Of a stretch of DNA of 64,000 nucleotides, positions 41,001 through 55,229 are shown piece by piece. Each line of letters starts with the position of its first letter. Position 1 is the stretch's first letter. A model generated the notes under the pieces. The model searched no databases. It saw nothing but the letters and a program-made list of their open reading frames with translations, and was not told the origin of the DNA. A program made the translations under genes and the position numbers. This DNA is from Cycas panzhihuaensis (Eukaryota > Plantae > Cycadophyta): contig CM041465.1 in NCBI GenBank assembly GCA_023213395.1, forward strand, positions 75,089,741-75,153,740, written 5' to 3'.

Positions 41001-44000
41001 CAACTTTGCTTTCACTAGTTTCTAACTAAATAGAGCCTCTCAATGCTAAGTCTAAAATGATTAGCATAATCATATACTTGAGCCTAATTCCATAAAAAGA
41101 ATGAAAAATTAGTTCATGTCACACAAGGGTAGTTGCCTAATCGATTTCTTCTAGTAGTCTCTTCACATCACAATAGGATGTGGGATCATTAATTGTGACC
41201 AACCTCATAGTTAGCTTCTTATTAATTGCACTATATATTCTTTTATACCTCTCCATAAGTTAAGTTGTGAGCCATTTTAAGATTGGTCTACCCCAAAAAT
41301 AGATTCCCATCCTATATATTAGGGATCTTGTTCCTCTGGTAGTGATAAGGTCTTAAATCCTCTCATTAACATCTCTTCCATCCATGATTTAGAGCTATTT
41401 ATAGAAATTTATTACGATTCCTTAAGTTAGCCCAATGAGCTTCCTCTTGAGGATGATCTTGATACTTACATTGATGAGGTTCCATAACTTTTTTCTATGT
41501 TTTCTACCAATCTTAACTTATAGGCACCTTAGGGATATTACTTTGATGACCTTATCCATTTAAATTAGGAGAGTTGCCTTTAAAAAAGTACCAAACGTAA
41601 TCCATTGGAAGAAGAGATTCAACCCCAAGATGATGAGATTGATTTATCCATTCTTACTATTAAGAAATCTATTCCACATGTTTTCTTAGGGGTTAGACTT
41701 GATTCATAGGGTCTTTCCCTTATCTAGGTCAAATTCAACATACCTACTAACTTGGGTATATCCATACTTGTTCACTTATTACACAATAAGAATTAGAGAC
41801 AATTCGATGAGTAATTGCCTTACCTTCCACCACATGCCCACTAAGGCAAGTTGGGGTCATATAAGATAGCTTAAACCCCCATATCTTTTAGTTAGACATA
41901 GAGTCTTTTCTCCACCTACTTTTTTAGGATCCTCAATGAAGTCCTTCTGATAACAATTTAGGGAGATCCCTCTTGAATACTAGTAAGTTTAACTCTAATC
42001 CCTTGATCTTTAGTATCCTACATTTGATTTGATTACATTATGAAGAGGTCTCTTTGGTAATAGATCCTATTAGGGATTGCATAACCCTTGTGAAGCCTTC
42101 ATAGGGAACTCCTTTGATCCATACCAATTGTTATCATGATCTAATTTCATATAGCCCACCCTTGACTTATATACATCTTGTGAAATATGCTTGTGAGGTT
42201 AAGACCACTTTGAAGTAGGTAATTTACCCTTATTTCTAAAGGCTCAACATCCTTTATAGCCTTAAGTATTTCATCCTCATTAAGTTGATTCCATTTCCCT
42301 TTGAGGTAAGGAATTTGATGTCATTGGGAAGAACCTTTTTTATGGGTTCAATGCTAACTAGTAAGCTAAGACCTTTATTAAATTCTATTGTTAAGGAGAA
42401 CAATTATTCTAAGGATCCCTTTAATAAGTTAACTCTTGGTTTCACCCAAGATTATAATGGAATAAGGCCATTGCATTGTATTATGATCCCTTACACTATT
42501 CTGAGGTGCTTACCTTGATTGTCCTTTCCTTTATACTTTGATAACTAATTTCTTACTTGCATGATTAGATTTGATGCATCTTCCCTTATTAAGGGTTTTT
42601 CTTATTAAGATAGAGTTCTAATTTATCCAGATAACCTTTACTCCACCATGAGCCTAAATTGAAACCTAATTCCATAATGAGAATAAACTACAGATCTAAG
42701 AAATTCATCTACTAAAGAGCTTAAACTATAGTAGTCTCCCTTATACTAGGAGATGGACATCCCTCTATAATAAGGATAAAACTATAACTCTGATACCCAT
42801 ACCATCTAATGAGCCAAAACTATGGTAAATCCTTCCTTTTTGATCTTTTCAAGTATTGTTTCAATATGGATATAGCTCTCCTCCTTTCTTATTTTGACTT
42901 CTAGATAAAGTTTGATACTTTCTTATATGTTAATCATTCTTAGCAATTATCTAAGTCTATTGTCTCACTACTAAACATAATCATTAGTTGTTAGGTACAC
43001 ATTCATTTGGTTCACCTTAATTAAAGCATTGTTACTCTTTCCTTTTGAGTTTTTCACTTAAAAAGAAAAGGGGAGGTATGCAACCCTAATTATCAACTCA
43101 ATAATAAATTATAATCTTGAATAGCCAACTTTTTATATTATGTAAGATACCTTATTTTTTTTTATACTTAGAACTATAGTTTTAGATTTTGACTTACTTT
43201 TACCTCTCATGATCTTATAAGTATGCTTCATAGATTTATATAATCTTCATACCAATTTACTCAACCTTTTCTCTATAGTTTTTTATGCCTTTTCACTATA
43301 TCTCCTAAAGTTTGTTGCTCATTCTATCATCATCCCCTCACACTTAGAGACACTTTGGTTTAGAGATCCTTTTAACTCATGTGGTTCAACCTTCAATGAT
43401 TTGGGTTCATGCCCTTATCTTTTTAGTTTTCTTAAAAAGGTCACCCTTGCTATAGTTTGATATGTTTTGATGTTTTATGATTAGGCTGATCATCGCTCAC
43501 TCAATGTGTTCATTTTCTCTCTTAATTGTATCTCAATGAAAATTATATAATGATCATAGTCAAAGTAATAAATGATTATCCTCTAGAAAGTGGGTTTAAC
43601 AATGCCTAGTTCACCATGACCCTCATCTAAACCATTATATGGAGTTATTTAAATAGTAATAGAGCCAAAAGAAAAAGAAATATAAGAAGAAAAATCAAGT
43701 AATAAAATAGTCCCTTTATGCCTTATCCCCTCTTGTTGTCTAGAGCAAGTTGTGTGATGACTTTATCTCCACCTATATTAGTGTAGTTTGGGTACATTTG
43801 GGTGCATTGTATAATATCTTTGGATCCATTTACTTGGGCCAATCTTCATATCAATTGTGATCAAAACCTATTTGACACTTTATAGCCTTTTACTTTTATG
43901 TGTGTTTAGGGTGATACGCTAATGATGAGTAGACTTGGTCATGATCCTATTTCTTTCTCATTTTATAGTTAAAACCAAGTTCCTAATATTAGAGCCACTT

Positions 44001-44499
44001 CCTCATAGGTTGATTTTTACAACCTCCCTATATCTATCATTTTATCTCTGAGTTTAATCCTTTTTTACCATGGCATTGAGCATACATACCAATGGGGGTA
44101 GTTGAGGTAATCTAGGACCATCTGTCACTGCATAGGTAGTTCATGACCAACTAGGCAATGTCTTAACCTTTACTAGCCTACTCCTATCCTAAGAAATCAA
44201 TAATGAAGCCAAATAGATTATGGTCATAGGAGCTCTAATAGATGTCATAGAGTTTCATAATGGTCCTATTGATCCTTTTTATGATTCCTAAGTTATAGTC
44301 CTTCAACTTGTTAGCAGTTATCATGTTTATTACCCTTAATTACACTTCCTTCATACTAAGGATTTATCATTAGTATCTTATTTTTCATCAATTACTATCT
44401 AACATATCTCACATAATTTAAACATCAAAGTTAATTCTCTAGTTTCTTATATTTTGGAGCATCATAGTTCATAACCTTATCCTTTTAAGTTGGGAGTAA

Positions 44500-44995
44500 T
44501 ACTCTATAATGAGTATAAAGCAACCCTATACTCCACAATGAGGATAAACTATGCCTTTGAAGCACTATGAATGAGGCTAAACTATGGTAGCCAGTCCTCT
44601 AAAATCCCATAGTCTTATTCACTCAGGAGATATAAGATAGTCACTAACAAGGTAAAACTATGGTGACTAACCCCTTTGAAGCAGTCCTGATAAGGCTAAA
44701 CTATGGTAGCTACACCTCCAAAACCCCACAATCTCACTAACTAAAGAGATGTGAGATGGTCACTAACAAGGTAAAATAATGGTAACCAACCCCTCTAAAG
44801 AATTGATAATGAAGCTAAACTATGGCAGCTAGTCCTGTAAAGCCTTGCAATCTCACTCACTCAAGAGATGTGAGATGGTCACTAACAAGATAAAACTATG
44901 GTGACTGGCCCCTATTAAGCACTAGTAATGAGGCTTAAATATGGTAGATACACCTCTAAGAATAGGTACTAAAGAGGTTAAACTACAACAACCAC
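44500..44995 (+). repeat. Tandem array in the 3' UTR, 119-bp higher-order unit built of AAACTATGG subunits
   Basis: TCACTAACAAG at 44641, 44760 and 44879; TAAACTA(TGG) recurs every ~33-77 bp. Confidence 0.88.
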
Positions 44996-45266
44996 TCTTC
45001 TCTCAAATCCCCATGAACATGATGGGTAATCCAATATCACAATCAAGTTTGAATATAGCTTTAGAAATAGAGTTCTTAAACCACCCTTGTTCCATTATGA
45101 TGGAATAACTTTTTCCACTATTATATCATATATATCTCTCATCTAAACTATCCTTAATTTTGACATAAAAAATAAGGCCAAGTCATTCAAATCTCAATTC
45201 TAGGTTGCCACCATTTACCATTGTGATTTCTATTGTTAACAAGAGCTTCTGGTGATAAGAGGTAAA

Positions 45267-47844
45267 TTTTTCACCATAATTGGTCATTTTTCCATTATTA
45301 GGTTCATATCTAAGTTAGTTAACTCTTGTACTTCTGTAACGAATATCTCTTTAATAGCATGATTTGTTAATGGTTTACTTTTTGTTGATAATCTCTCAAT
45401 TTAATCTTGGATTTGGATATGCTTGATCACTCATTATATGATTTTAGACTATGGAATGTTAATAAGATAATTTTTTGTATATGATGGTAATGATATTTTT
45501 GTTGATGACTAGTGCTATGATGTATTATAAAGACTTTTCTTAGCATAATTCCAATCATTCTCGAAGTTTCCTTCTCTTTGTGTAACGTTTTTCTTAGTAT
45601 GACCCAATAATTTAATTATTTTTAGCCTTGTTTTGATAAAATTTTTTCCTCAATTTATAGTGATTCAAGTCCCATCTACGTGTTTTCTAATCTAGGACCC
45701 TTTAGCAAGTCATTTTCCTGAAAACTACTCCCTTTTTTCTATTTTTTATCACTTTTTGTTTTGTCACAATTTTGGTATAATAAAAAATGTAACTTCTTGA
45801 ATAAAATGTAATAATCATATTTTTAGTGTAAAATCATGTTTTTTACTATCATAATTAAAAATTAAATATAGAATACTCTTTTTTTATGATTTTCTTAACA
45901 ATAAATTCCTAAATACGAAGATTGGTATTGCCTTACCTACCCTAATTCCCTCATAATTATCTTATCCTCCTCCATGAAAAGATTTGGTTGTTGGAAATCA
46001 CAAAATCTATGGGTAAAAGCCATGATATTCTTTCCCTCTCAACCTCTATAAATCCTTGGGCTATTTTAGAGTTAGGGGAGAGTTTCTAAGGTAACAAAAT
46101 GCTACCAATTTTTTACTAAATATTGCTAGTTCTCTTTTGTTGTTTAGAAGTTGACTGAAGACCATTCTTCTTGAGAAATTATTGATTTTATTGAAAAGAT
46201 TAGAGGGCTACTTTTACCTCAATTTGTTGTCTAGTTCTCAGACTCAACTTCTTACTCACCTACTGAGATCATCTTCTTATAGTTCCTATTGATTTCTTGT
46301 ATACATTATGCTCTTCTTTAACATTTCTTATTGTCAAACTTGTCATTCTCATGGTACTTAGGGCTTGGTGGTAACATGTTGAGTAGAAATGAAGCATCAT
46401 TCTAAGTCATACTTTACTTATTTCATTCAAGTCATAAGGAACTTTATTTAAATTAGTTATTAGTTTTAGAAATTAGTGAAAGATTCTTTTGAGTTTATAT
46501 TTCAAAAAATTAATTAATAAAGAAAGGCTCTTTCATTACTATTTTATTCTTATTTTCAATAAAATCTAGTTGTTTTTGCTAGTCCTTTAAGTGGTTATGC
46601 TTGGAATCAAATCAATTTTGATTCCCAAGCTTCTATCACATTGGTCAAGTCATTAGAGGACTATGTTTCAAAATTAAATTGGTTTCAATTTTTAATTGTA
46701 GTCTTTTGATAAGTAATCACATTTATACATCCTTATTTATTCCAACTCATAACTTTTAATAAGTTTGGCCCTAACAAGGGCTAAAGTATATCAAACCAAA
46801 CTCTTGAGAGGAGGTGAGTGATAAGTAGGAAAGGGATCTTTGAGCAAGGTAAGCACTTAAACTCTCTTCCATAGAGTTATAGGTGACTCAAGTGAATTCT
46901 CTTTTTTCATGATAAGTTCATTTTGTGCTATATGATTATTATTGGAATCTTGATAAGCTTATGAAATTTCATTTGAGATCCCTTTTCTTTGAAAGAATTA
47001 TTATAATATCTATGCCAATTTCTCTTTCATCAATGAGTGACACTTTAATATAAGGAGAAATTATAAGGAGTGAAGTCATGTGATACAAACTATATCATAA
47101 GATACTCATTTCTCATCTCAATACTTCCATTCTCTTTTTTCAGTTTCCAAGTTTCATAAGGAAGTAAAGAGAGAAGAAAAAAGCAAAGTGAAAGTGTATG
47201 TTTCTTGTATTGATTATTTGCTTTGTGTGGCTTTTTCCTGATACTTGCCTACATAAAAAGAAAATATAGTTGAGAGGTTATTGAGTAGGTTTTGAGCTAA
47301 GAACTTGTGATTGTCTAATTACTTATTTCTTTTACTCTTTCATTTCCTATTGACTAAATCTAAAAGATTAGAAAGAGAAAGTAAAAGTGTGGTCAATAAG
47401 ATAAACATAAGTATAATACAAGTTCCTAGAACTCCTTTGTCACTTGTACTTGATTATTTTTCTTTCATTTTAAATCATTTAAGAAACATAAAAAGAAAAT
47501 AAGGGAAGGAATTGTATTTACATCTCCTATGATTTGGTTGATTACATATTCACTCTTTATTAGATTCATTCAAACTAAGAATACATACTAGATTTGTATG
47601 TAATCTTGGTTTGTTGTTATTTAGCATGGTTTAAGTTGATTAGATCTAGATTTATTTCTTCCATTCACATAGAAATTATTTTAAAACCTAAACTAGTTTA
47701 ATTCCTTCACCTTTTATCAATTCCACAAGTAGATAAGACCTCTCCTTAGAGGTTAGTTCAAAGGGTTAATTCTTGAGATTTGTCACCTCAAGATTATGTT
47801 CTTATAAACTCACTCTAGCTAATTGGACTTAAGTTATGACACCA
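45267..47844 (+). repeat. Uninterrupted 3' LTR of the level-2 element (2578 bp)
   Basis: Collinear with the three pieces of the 5' LTR; ends ACACCA followed by the TSD. Confidence 0.9.
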
Positions 47845-48989
47845 TTAGATATGGCTCATTTCATTTTGGGATAACTCCTTCTTAGAGAGTTTACTCATCT
47901 TTAGGGCATACCCTATGAGGACTCAAAAGTATCCCATTACCAATGCATTCCTTAACCTCCTAGTGACCCTTTCCTTAATCATCTTGATTTGATCTACCCT
48001 ATGCATGTGGGAAGCTTCTATGTGCTTCTCTAAGAGGGTATCACCACCTCTTCCTACCTTATATCCTCTACCCAGTTTATTCCACTAGATTCTCACCCTA
48101 TCATGCTTTTATCAAATTCTTAAGTTTTAGACCCTAGAGCTTCCTCTTACTTTAGGATCCCCATTCATTTGGTCATGGTCCTATACCTAGAGTTTATATT
48201 TCAATCTAGTTGCATTATGGTTTATTATACTTTCGGGTCCTAACCTAGCTAGTCTTTACCCTACCCCTCTAGCCTATTTGATCACTCTACCCATTATCCC
48301 TATCTTTACTACTATGTGTCCTTCCCAAGGGACTAGTACCTCCACCATCCCTACATGGTGGTATTCCTTTATCTAGCCACATATATTCCCTCCTCCACCC
48401 TCCCAAACCTTCATCATTTTATGTATTTACTTTTATACTTATTCACTCCATTTACATGGAATATATTCCCATTAACTAGGTGCCTTCTATGTCCTTATGG
48501 ATACAACCTCATCTTATTGGTATCACCCCCCCACCTTCCCCCCACCCTTTTAATAACCCCTTACCACTTCTACTTCCCAACCAACTTAAAGAGTTGGTTC
48601 ATAACCTAAAGGATCTTATGGTCTACTTTATGATTCCTATCCAAACCCAAGTGTATACCCCCTTCTTGGATGTAATGCCTATGTCCCTTAGGCTCCTTTA
48701 TAGCCTAATGTTCTCTCCTCTTAGGTTCATTCTATGGGACCTTAAGCATTTTGGATAGGCATGTCATATATACAACCACCTTCCTATCTATATAGTGGTC
48801 AATCCTCTCAAGATAGAGTCTCTAATGTTATTCAACTCCCTCCATACATAGGTCATTCTATGTATGGAGTGAATCCATTATCTTAATCAAGTGCTTAGCC
48901 ATCCTACTTTTCCCTTATGGTGAGGAGGACCTATATCAATTATAAGAGTATCCCCTTTCCATAAGAGGTCCTTTTATACTTGCTCCTAT

Positions 48990-51900
48990 TATTCATCCTC
49001 AAACTCCTAAAGTTTAGTAGAGAGTTGGAGTAATATCTTACTAGCCACATATAAGATTTTACACTTGTATGCATTGATTATATTTCCTATGATCATGTTA
49101 TGATGTAGATCTTCTCTAAGACCCTATTGAATGATGCTCAAAAGTGGTTCTACAAGTTTCTAAATGTGGTTATTTACTCATTTCAATAGCTTGTTAACTC
49201 TTTTATTAACTGTTTTGATGTCATTACCCCTTTCAAAATATGTGGGAAAGCTCCTTTTTCAATCAAGAAAGGGGCATACAAGTTTTCATATGACTATATT
49301 CATTATTTTCAAGACCTTATCTATTTTTTTCAATGACCCTTTGATAATGATTTACTCTTTGACCTATTCACCAAGGCTCTCAAAGTTTAAGTCCATCTTT
49401 AGGTGTTGAAACTTGGTCCAACCATGTATGAGAGCATCATTGATAGATGTTTGACCCTTGAATCCTTTGATATTTAAGTAGGAGTTAAGAATTTAAGCAA
49501 CTTCTCCTCTACTTCTAAATGAGAGCCTACTTATGAGTCTAAACCAATTTAATGTGATAAAATGTATGATCAATTTACCTCTTCCTTTGTGCCCCAAAGT
49601 GATCCATCATAGCCAAGCTATAAGCTTATACTTTCAAACCTTCCAAAGATTCTAAACTTCCAAAGATTTTAATGTCATTAATCTTGTAGAGTAGAAGCTA
49701 GAGTAAGGGACCAAGCCCCTTCCTTCTCCTCCTATTAAGAAGAGCCCTTGGTGCATGTATCATGAAGTCAATGCCTATGATAGATCTAAGTGTAATAAGC
49801 TCAAGTAACTTGGAAGGAATTATGCCTCACCCAATCAATAACTGGCTTGATAAAATAAAAACTTATTGATTCATACTGACCTATTCCATAAAAACTAAGA
49901 CAAATATAAAGGGAAGGGTCCTTCTAAGAATAAAGTCCTATATAGTAGTTTTGAATTTGAGAATGAAAATAATTCCACTCCCACTAAGCCCACCAAGGAC
50001 AAGAAAAATAATCATTGTAACCCAAACTTCCTCCTAAGGATGACTAAGATTCTTGGGGCAAGACCATTAGTATAGTAGAAATGGTTTACCTTCTTGTAAT
50101 TAACACTAAAAATTCCTAGAGATTCAAAATTGTCTTCTTGACTAAGCTAAGTGAGGAGATACCTAAAATCTCTCTTCACTTCATTGTGATAGATTTTGGT
50201 CATACCCTCACGTAAATCCTTAAGAAAAAGGGCTTCTCCATCACGGGGGATATTAGGTCCATATCTATAGGCATCCCTATGTTGGACCTATGCAAGAGAT
50301 ATCTTGAGAAAAATTATCTTTTGTTTTATGCTCTTAGCATTAGGAAATTTGACTCAAGTAAACCTCTTACCACTTTTAGTCTATTTCAACTTGATGACCA
50401 TTATGATCACTATAACATTCCTCTCATTTTATGAGTGGAAAATGAACCATCAAAAGATGCATTGTTTATGAAGGTGCTGCTACTAACTTTATCCCTCTCT
50501 ATCTCCTTAAGTCCTTTAGCATTTTCTATTTTGAACCTGTAAGTTGGGTATATCAAGGTTTTGATCAAACCCAAACTATTCCTATGGGTAAGGTCTTACT
50601 TCTTCTTATCCTTTATGGAAAAACTATGGTTAATGGATTTGGAATCATCTATGTAAACTTAGACTATAATGTGTTAGGTCAAATAGATAGGGGTTACTTA
50701 TTCTTCTCTCTTTGGTGAATTCTAATTTGGTCATGAAGGAGAGTCCAACTAGTCCATCATCAACATATATAACAACAAAAAAAAATTTCCTTAGTCAATG
50801 CCCTCTATAAGGAGGATATGATTGGAACTCCTTTTATTTTACTTGTTTTGGCTAGTATTTTCAAGCTTAGGGCCCTAACACTAGCAAAGGTATTGAAATT
50901 AAATATGCCCATATGATTACTTAGGTTATTTGTGACCTTAATCAATTTTAAAATTATGAAGCTATCCTAGATCACCTAAATAGTTCATCTGATAGTCTTC
51001 CCTCTAATACCAATAAGCTAAGCCTTTCCAAGCATACTCACTCTAATTCTCCTTTAGAATTTGAAGCCCAAGAGGCCTCCTCAACCTCTTCTCTTATTGA
51101 TCTAGTCCCTCTTCATTTTAATGAGGGTAGTTCCCTACTCATTATTGATATTATTGATGTTAATCTTAGCATTACTAATGAACCTTACATCATCAAAGTG
51201 GGGAATGATTACTTCCCAAAAGAAATTTAATAAATCAAGAAACTCTACATTATGTTCTCCATTATTTTTATGTGGGATTATTTTGACATGAAAGGACTCT
51301 ACCTTGACATTGTTGTCCATCATATTATTAATCTTCTAGGAGCTAGCCCTAAGTGCTAGCTTTAAAGACCCATTCACCCTTAACTTTTGGATACCATTAA
51401 GCTAGAAGTTAAGAAGCTATTAAAGGCTTAATTCAACGAGTCTATAGATTATCCTTAGTGGGATCCTAATATTATTCTAGTCATAAAGAAAAATAACTTT
51501 ATTCATACTTGCATTAACTTTAGAGATATTAATAATGCATGCTAAGAAGAAAATTCCCCTTACCTTTTATGGATCAAATCCTTGATCAATTTGCTAACTT
51601 CAAGGGTAGGTCTCTCATGGATAACTTTTCAAGTTATAACTAGATCTATATTGTACCCAAAGACTATCATAAAACTACTTTCATTACTCCATAGGGGACT
51701 TTCATTTATAAGGCCATGCCCTTTGGCCTTGAAAACATAGGTGCCACTTATCAAAGGGTGATGCATTATATATTTCATGATATGATAGGCCATAAAATTG
51801 GTATTTACATAAATGATATGATTAGACTATCTAAGAGTTATAAGGACTACATCCATGACCTTTGAGTTATATTTAAAAGATGTAGAAAATATTACCTTTA

Positions 51901-53903
51901 CCTAAACCCTCTCAAGTGCATCTTTACTATCACCTCTGGCCAAATCCCTAACAACATCATTTTGAGAGAAGGCATTAAAATTGATCCTAATAAGATTAAA
52001 TCTATTATTGAGATACCTCCACCTACCACTCAAAAGTAAGTAAAATCTTTCTTAGGCCATTTGGATTTCCTTTGCAAGTTCCTAACTAACTTTGCAATGA
52101 ATTCTAAGCCACTTACCAATAACTTTAAGAAGGGTGTTCCCATTTATTAGACTTCTAAAGTCTATAAATAGTTTAATAAGCTTAAGGAAGGCTTTGTCTC
52201 CACTCCCTTCCTAGCATCTCATCATTAGGGCATTCTTTCCTCCTATATACTTTAGCTACCGAAGGATCCCTTGGGGGCTTGTTGGCTTAGAAGGATGACT
52301 TTAGTCATAAATATGCCATCTACTTTGTTTACAAAATCCTAGTTAGTATCAAGATCAAATACTTCCATATTGATAAGAAGTATCTTGCCTTAGTCTTCAT
52401 GACCAAGAAGTTGTGTTATTACCTCTTGGGCAATACCATGAAGGTTATTGTTCAATCTAACACCATTTCCTCCTTATCACCAAAGCATATCTCACTGGGT
52501 GCATGGGAAAATAGGCCCTTTTATTACAAGAATTTGATTTAAAATCATTAATTACAAGTCCAAGAAAGGGATCATTATCATTAAATAAATGGCAATGTCT
52601 CTTTTTCCTAATAAGTGCAACAAAGAGGTGGATAATTCCCTCCTTGATGAGCTTATCTTTCATATGGATACCTTGAAAAATGATATAAGGTGGTATACAA
52701 ATATCATCCATGTCCTCCAAGAACAATCCTACCCCACTAACATAAACTCTAAGGATAGGAAGAGAATTAGGATGACTACATGCTACTATGCCATCCTTGG
52801 AAACAATATTTATGAGTGTTCCTTTCATGGAGTTATACTTGGGTGTTTCTCCCCTCTCAAAACTTGAATTATCCTAAGTTAATTCCATGATATCATTTGT
52901 GGTGGCTAAGTGACAGTCCAATGCATTCTATAGATGGACTACTATTGGTTTATCCTCTTCTTAGATGCCCATGCCTATGTTAAAAAATGTGACAAGTTTT
53001 AGGCTTACATAGACATCATCCACGAACCCTCTACATCTATTAGGGGTATCATTTCAATCTAGCCTTTTTTCCAATATGGTTTGGATCTTATTAGGTAAAA
53101 TTTCCCTGCTTATTTCATTGGTCATAGGTTCATTATTACCACTATAAAATAGTTTACCAAGCAGAGTGAAGTAGCTTCACTTGTCTCTATGATAAGTAAG
53201 GTCATTATAGCCTTTATTGTGTAATTATACCATTTGTTACTATTCCATCCCAACATTATCAACATCAAAAATGAGATCCCCTTTTTAAATAAGGATGTTG
53301 ATGATATATGTGTTAAGTTCTCTATTATCCATCATACCTCATATCAATGTTACCCCCAAGCAAATGGATAAATTGAGGCCTTTAATAAGATATTAGTTAA
53401 GATATTGGCCAAAATTATTTCTACCTCATAAAGAGACTAATAGACCTAACCTTTTATGGTACTTTGGGCATACTATACCTCCATTCAAAATGCTATAAGG
53501 ATGACCTATTTCTCAATTATATATGGCATAAAAGACATCATCCCCCTCAAATTTAAAAACTTATCACTATGTATCTCTCTCAAAGAGGTTACTGATGATG
53601 AGTGGGTGTGGTAAGATTGCTTACTTAAACTAGAATACCTTGATGAGTAACATCAGAGTAACATCTTTTCTAAAAAGAAGGCTAAGTCTACCTATGATAA
53701 GAACCTATGACCATGTAAATTCAAAGTTAAATCTTAAACTTGAGCATCTCTATGAAAAATAATACAAGTTAACACTAAAGTGGGTAGGTCCTTTTCTTAT
53801 GACTAAAGATCTTAATAATAAGGATTATTATATTTTAATGATAAATGGGAGTGAGATTAAGAATTTAGTTAACTCTTGGTTCCTTCTCCTCTATTATGTA
53901 TAG
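48990..53903 (+). pseudogene. Heavily decayed gag-pol of the level-1 Gypsy
   Basis: RT motifs CINFRDINNAC, FIYKAMPFGLENIGATYQRVM and YINDM (~51450-51830); RNase H LLQEFDL (~52520); integrase YPQANG (~53350). Confidence 0.88.
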
Positions 53904-55229
53904 CTCATCACCTCTCTCACTTTGTAATAAGCCTAAACCATGGTATACTCTAACATGGTTGTAAACTATCACCCCTTTCTCCAGGCCAAACACTTAGGAG
54001 TATTTGCATTCTAAAATAAGTATAAACTATATGTATATTATTTCCTATGTTGATTCACTCTTAGTTTGATCATTGTTTATGAATTTTGGCATTGAAAACC
54101 TTTCCCCTATAAGTGTATTATATTTTTCACTATGAATTAAAAAGAATTCAACCATTAATACTCACTAGATAAGCCTATGGAGGATCTATAACCTCACCAC
54201 CTACTCATAATAACTTGTGGCTTGTCAAATAGGTGTCCGTTCCCCCATAACAAGTGAATGTTTATCATGGGTGATTTTATGTTCGTGAAATGGTTTGGTA
54301 AAAATGAATAGGTCTTTCCCCCCTTTAAAACATTTTGTCATTTGTCATTTAAATAATCATTTTGTTTCCATTTCTTTTATTTGATTCTATTTCTTTCCAT
54401 ATTTTGTAGTGTTTCTATAGGTTATGTCACTTGTTTATTGGAAGAATTGAAATAATTAGTTTTATAAATTGATGTAATATTTAATTATTGGTCAAGTGAT
54501 CAAAGTTATCATTAGTTGATGTAAAAATGTTTTTATATATGTAATGTGATTGGCTAATGTATCAACATGACTTGATTAGCTGATATATGAGGTGATGAAC
54601 TTATAAATATGTACATACATCATTTGAATATTTTGAGATAAGTTAATTGAAAGACATTGATTGAAGTTGCATAATAAAAGTAAGATGATAGTTGATAGAT
54701 GTTGAATATTGCATGTATACGGTGACAATATTCATCATTCAAGGATGATACATGTAGGTATTGTGAGATTCAATATTGAGCTAGTGAAAGAGCTAGTATG
54801 AGCTAGAATCAGGAGTCAACTATTAAAGAGTAATTGAAGAGCCAAAAATTAGTATAATTATGTGATGTAATCATATAAAAGGGCATACTAATGACAATTA
54901 AAGCATAATTAAAGGTGAGATTTATTTATGAATTTATGTGGATATTTATTTAAGAATGTTGGTACCATATTCTAGAGCATATAAGATTTAATAAGTCCAT
55001 TGTCAATGATAAAAGACGAGGAAGTTGTTACTAGTTAAATTCACCTATGTAGGCTAGGCTACTTTAGATGTGATTGAGTTTTGTGAGGCTATCCATTTCA
55101 CAAAAGCTTGTAATTATGATAGTTAAATAATAAAGCATTTAGTAAGAGTTGGTTTGTTTAATTTATTTATTTGATTAAGCATGATAGAAGCTAAACTTTG
55201 ACTACTAAAAGGTATGAATCATGAAGTTA

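Larger units (their letters stand above)
10900..47844 (+). mobile_element. Large non-autonomous LTR element (LARD-like, Athila/Tat-related) with ~2.6-kb LTRs, nest level 2
   Basis: Perfect TSD TTAGA (10895-10899, 47845-47849). The 5' LTR (10900-11226 + 17654-18169 + 38403-40109) is collinear with the 3' LTR 45267-47844. PBS-like TGGTGACCATATTGGGGA at 40115; PPT AAGAGGTAAA before 45267. Confidence 0.9.

Noticed and set aside
44500-44995. CRISPR-like repeat-spacer array
   Set aside because: The spacers are themselves repeated, there are no cas genes, and the context is a eukaryotic retroelement UTR.
48100-48850. Proline-rich host gene
   Set aside because: It is a C-rich decayed region directly upstream of the level-1 gag with no sustained frame.
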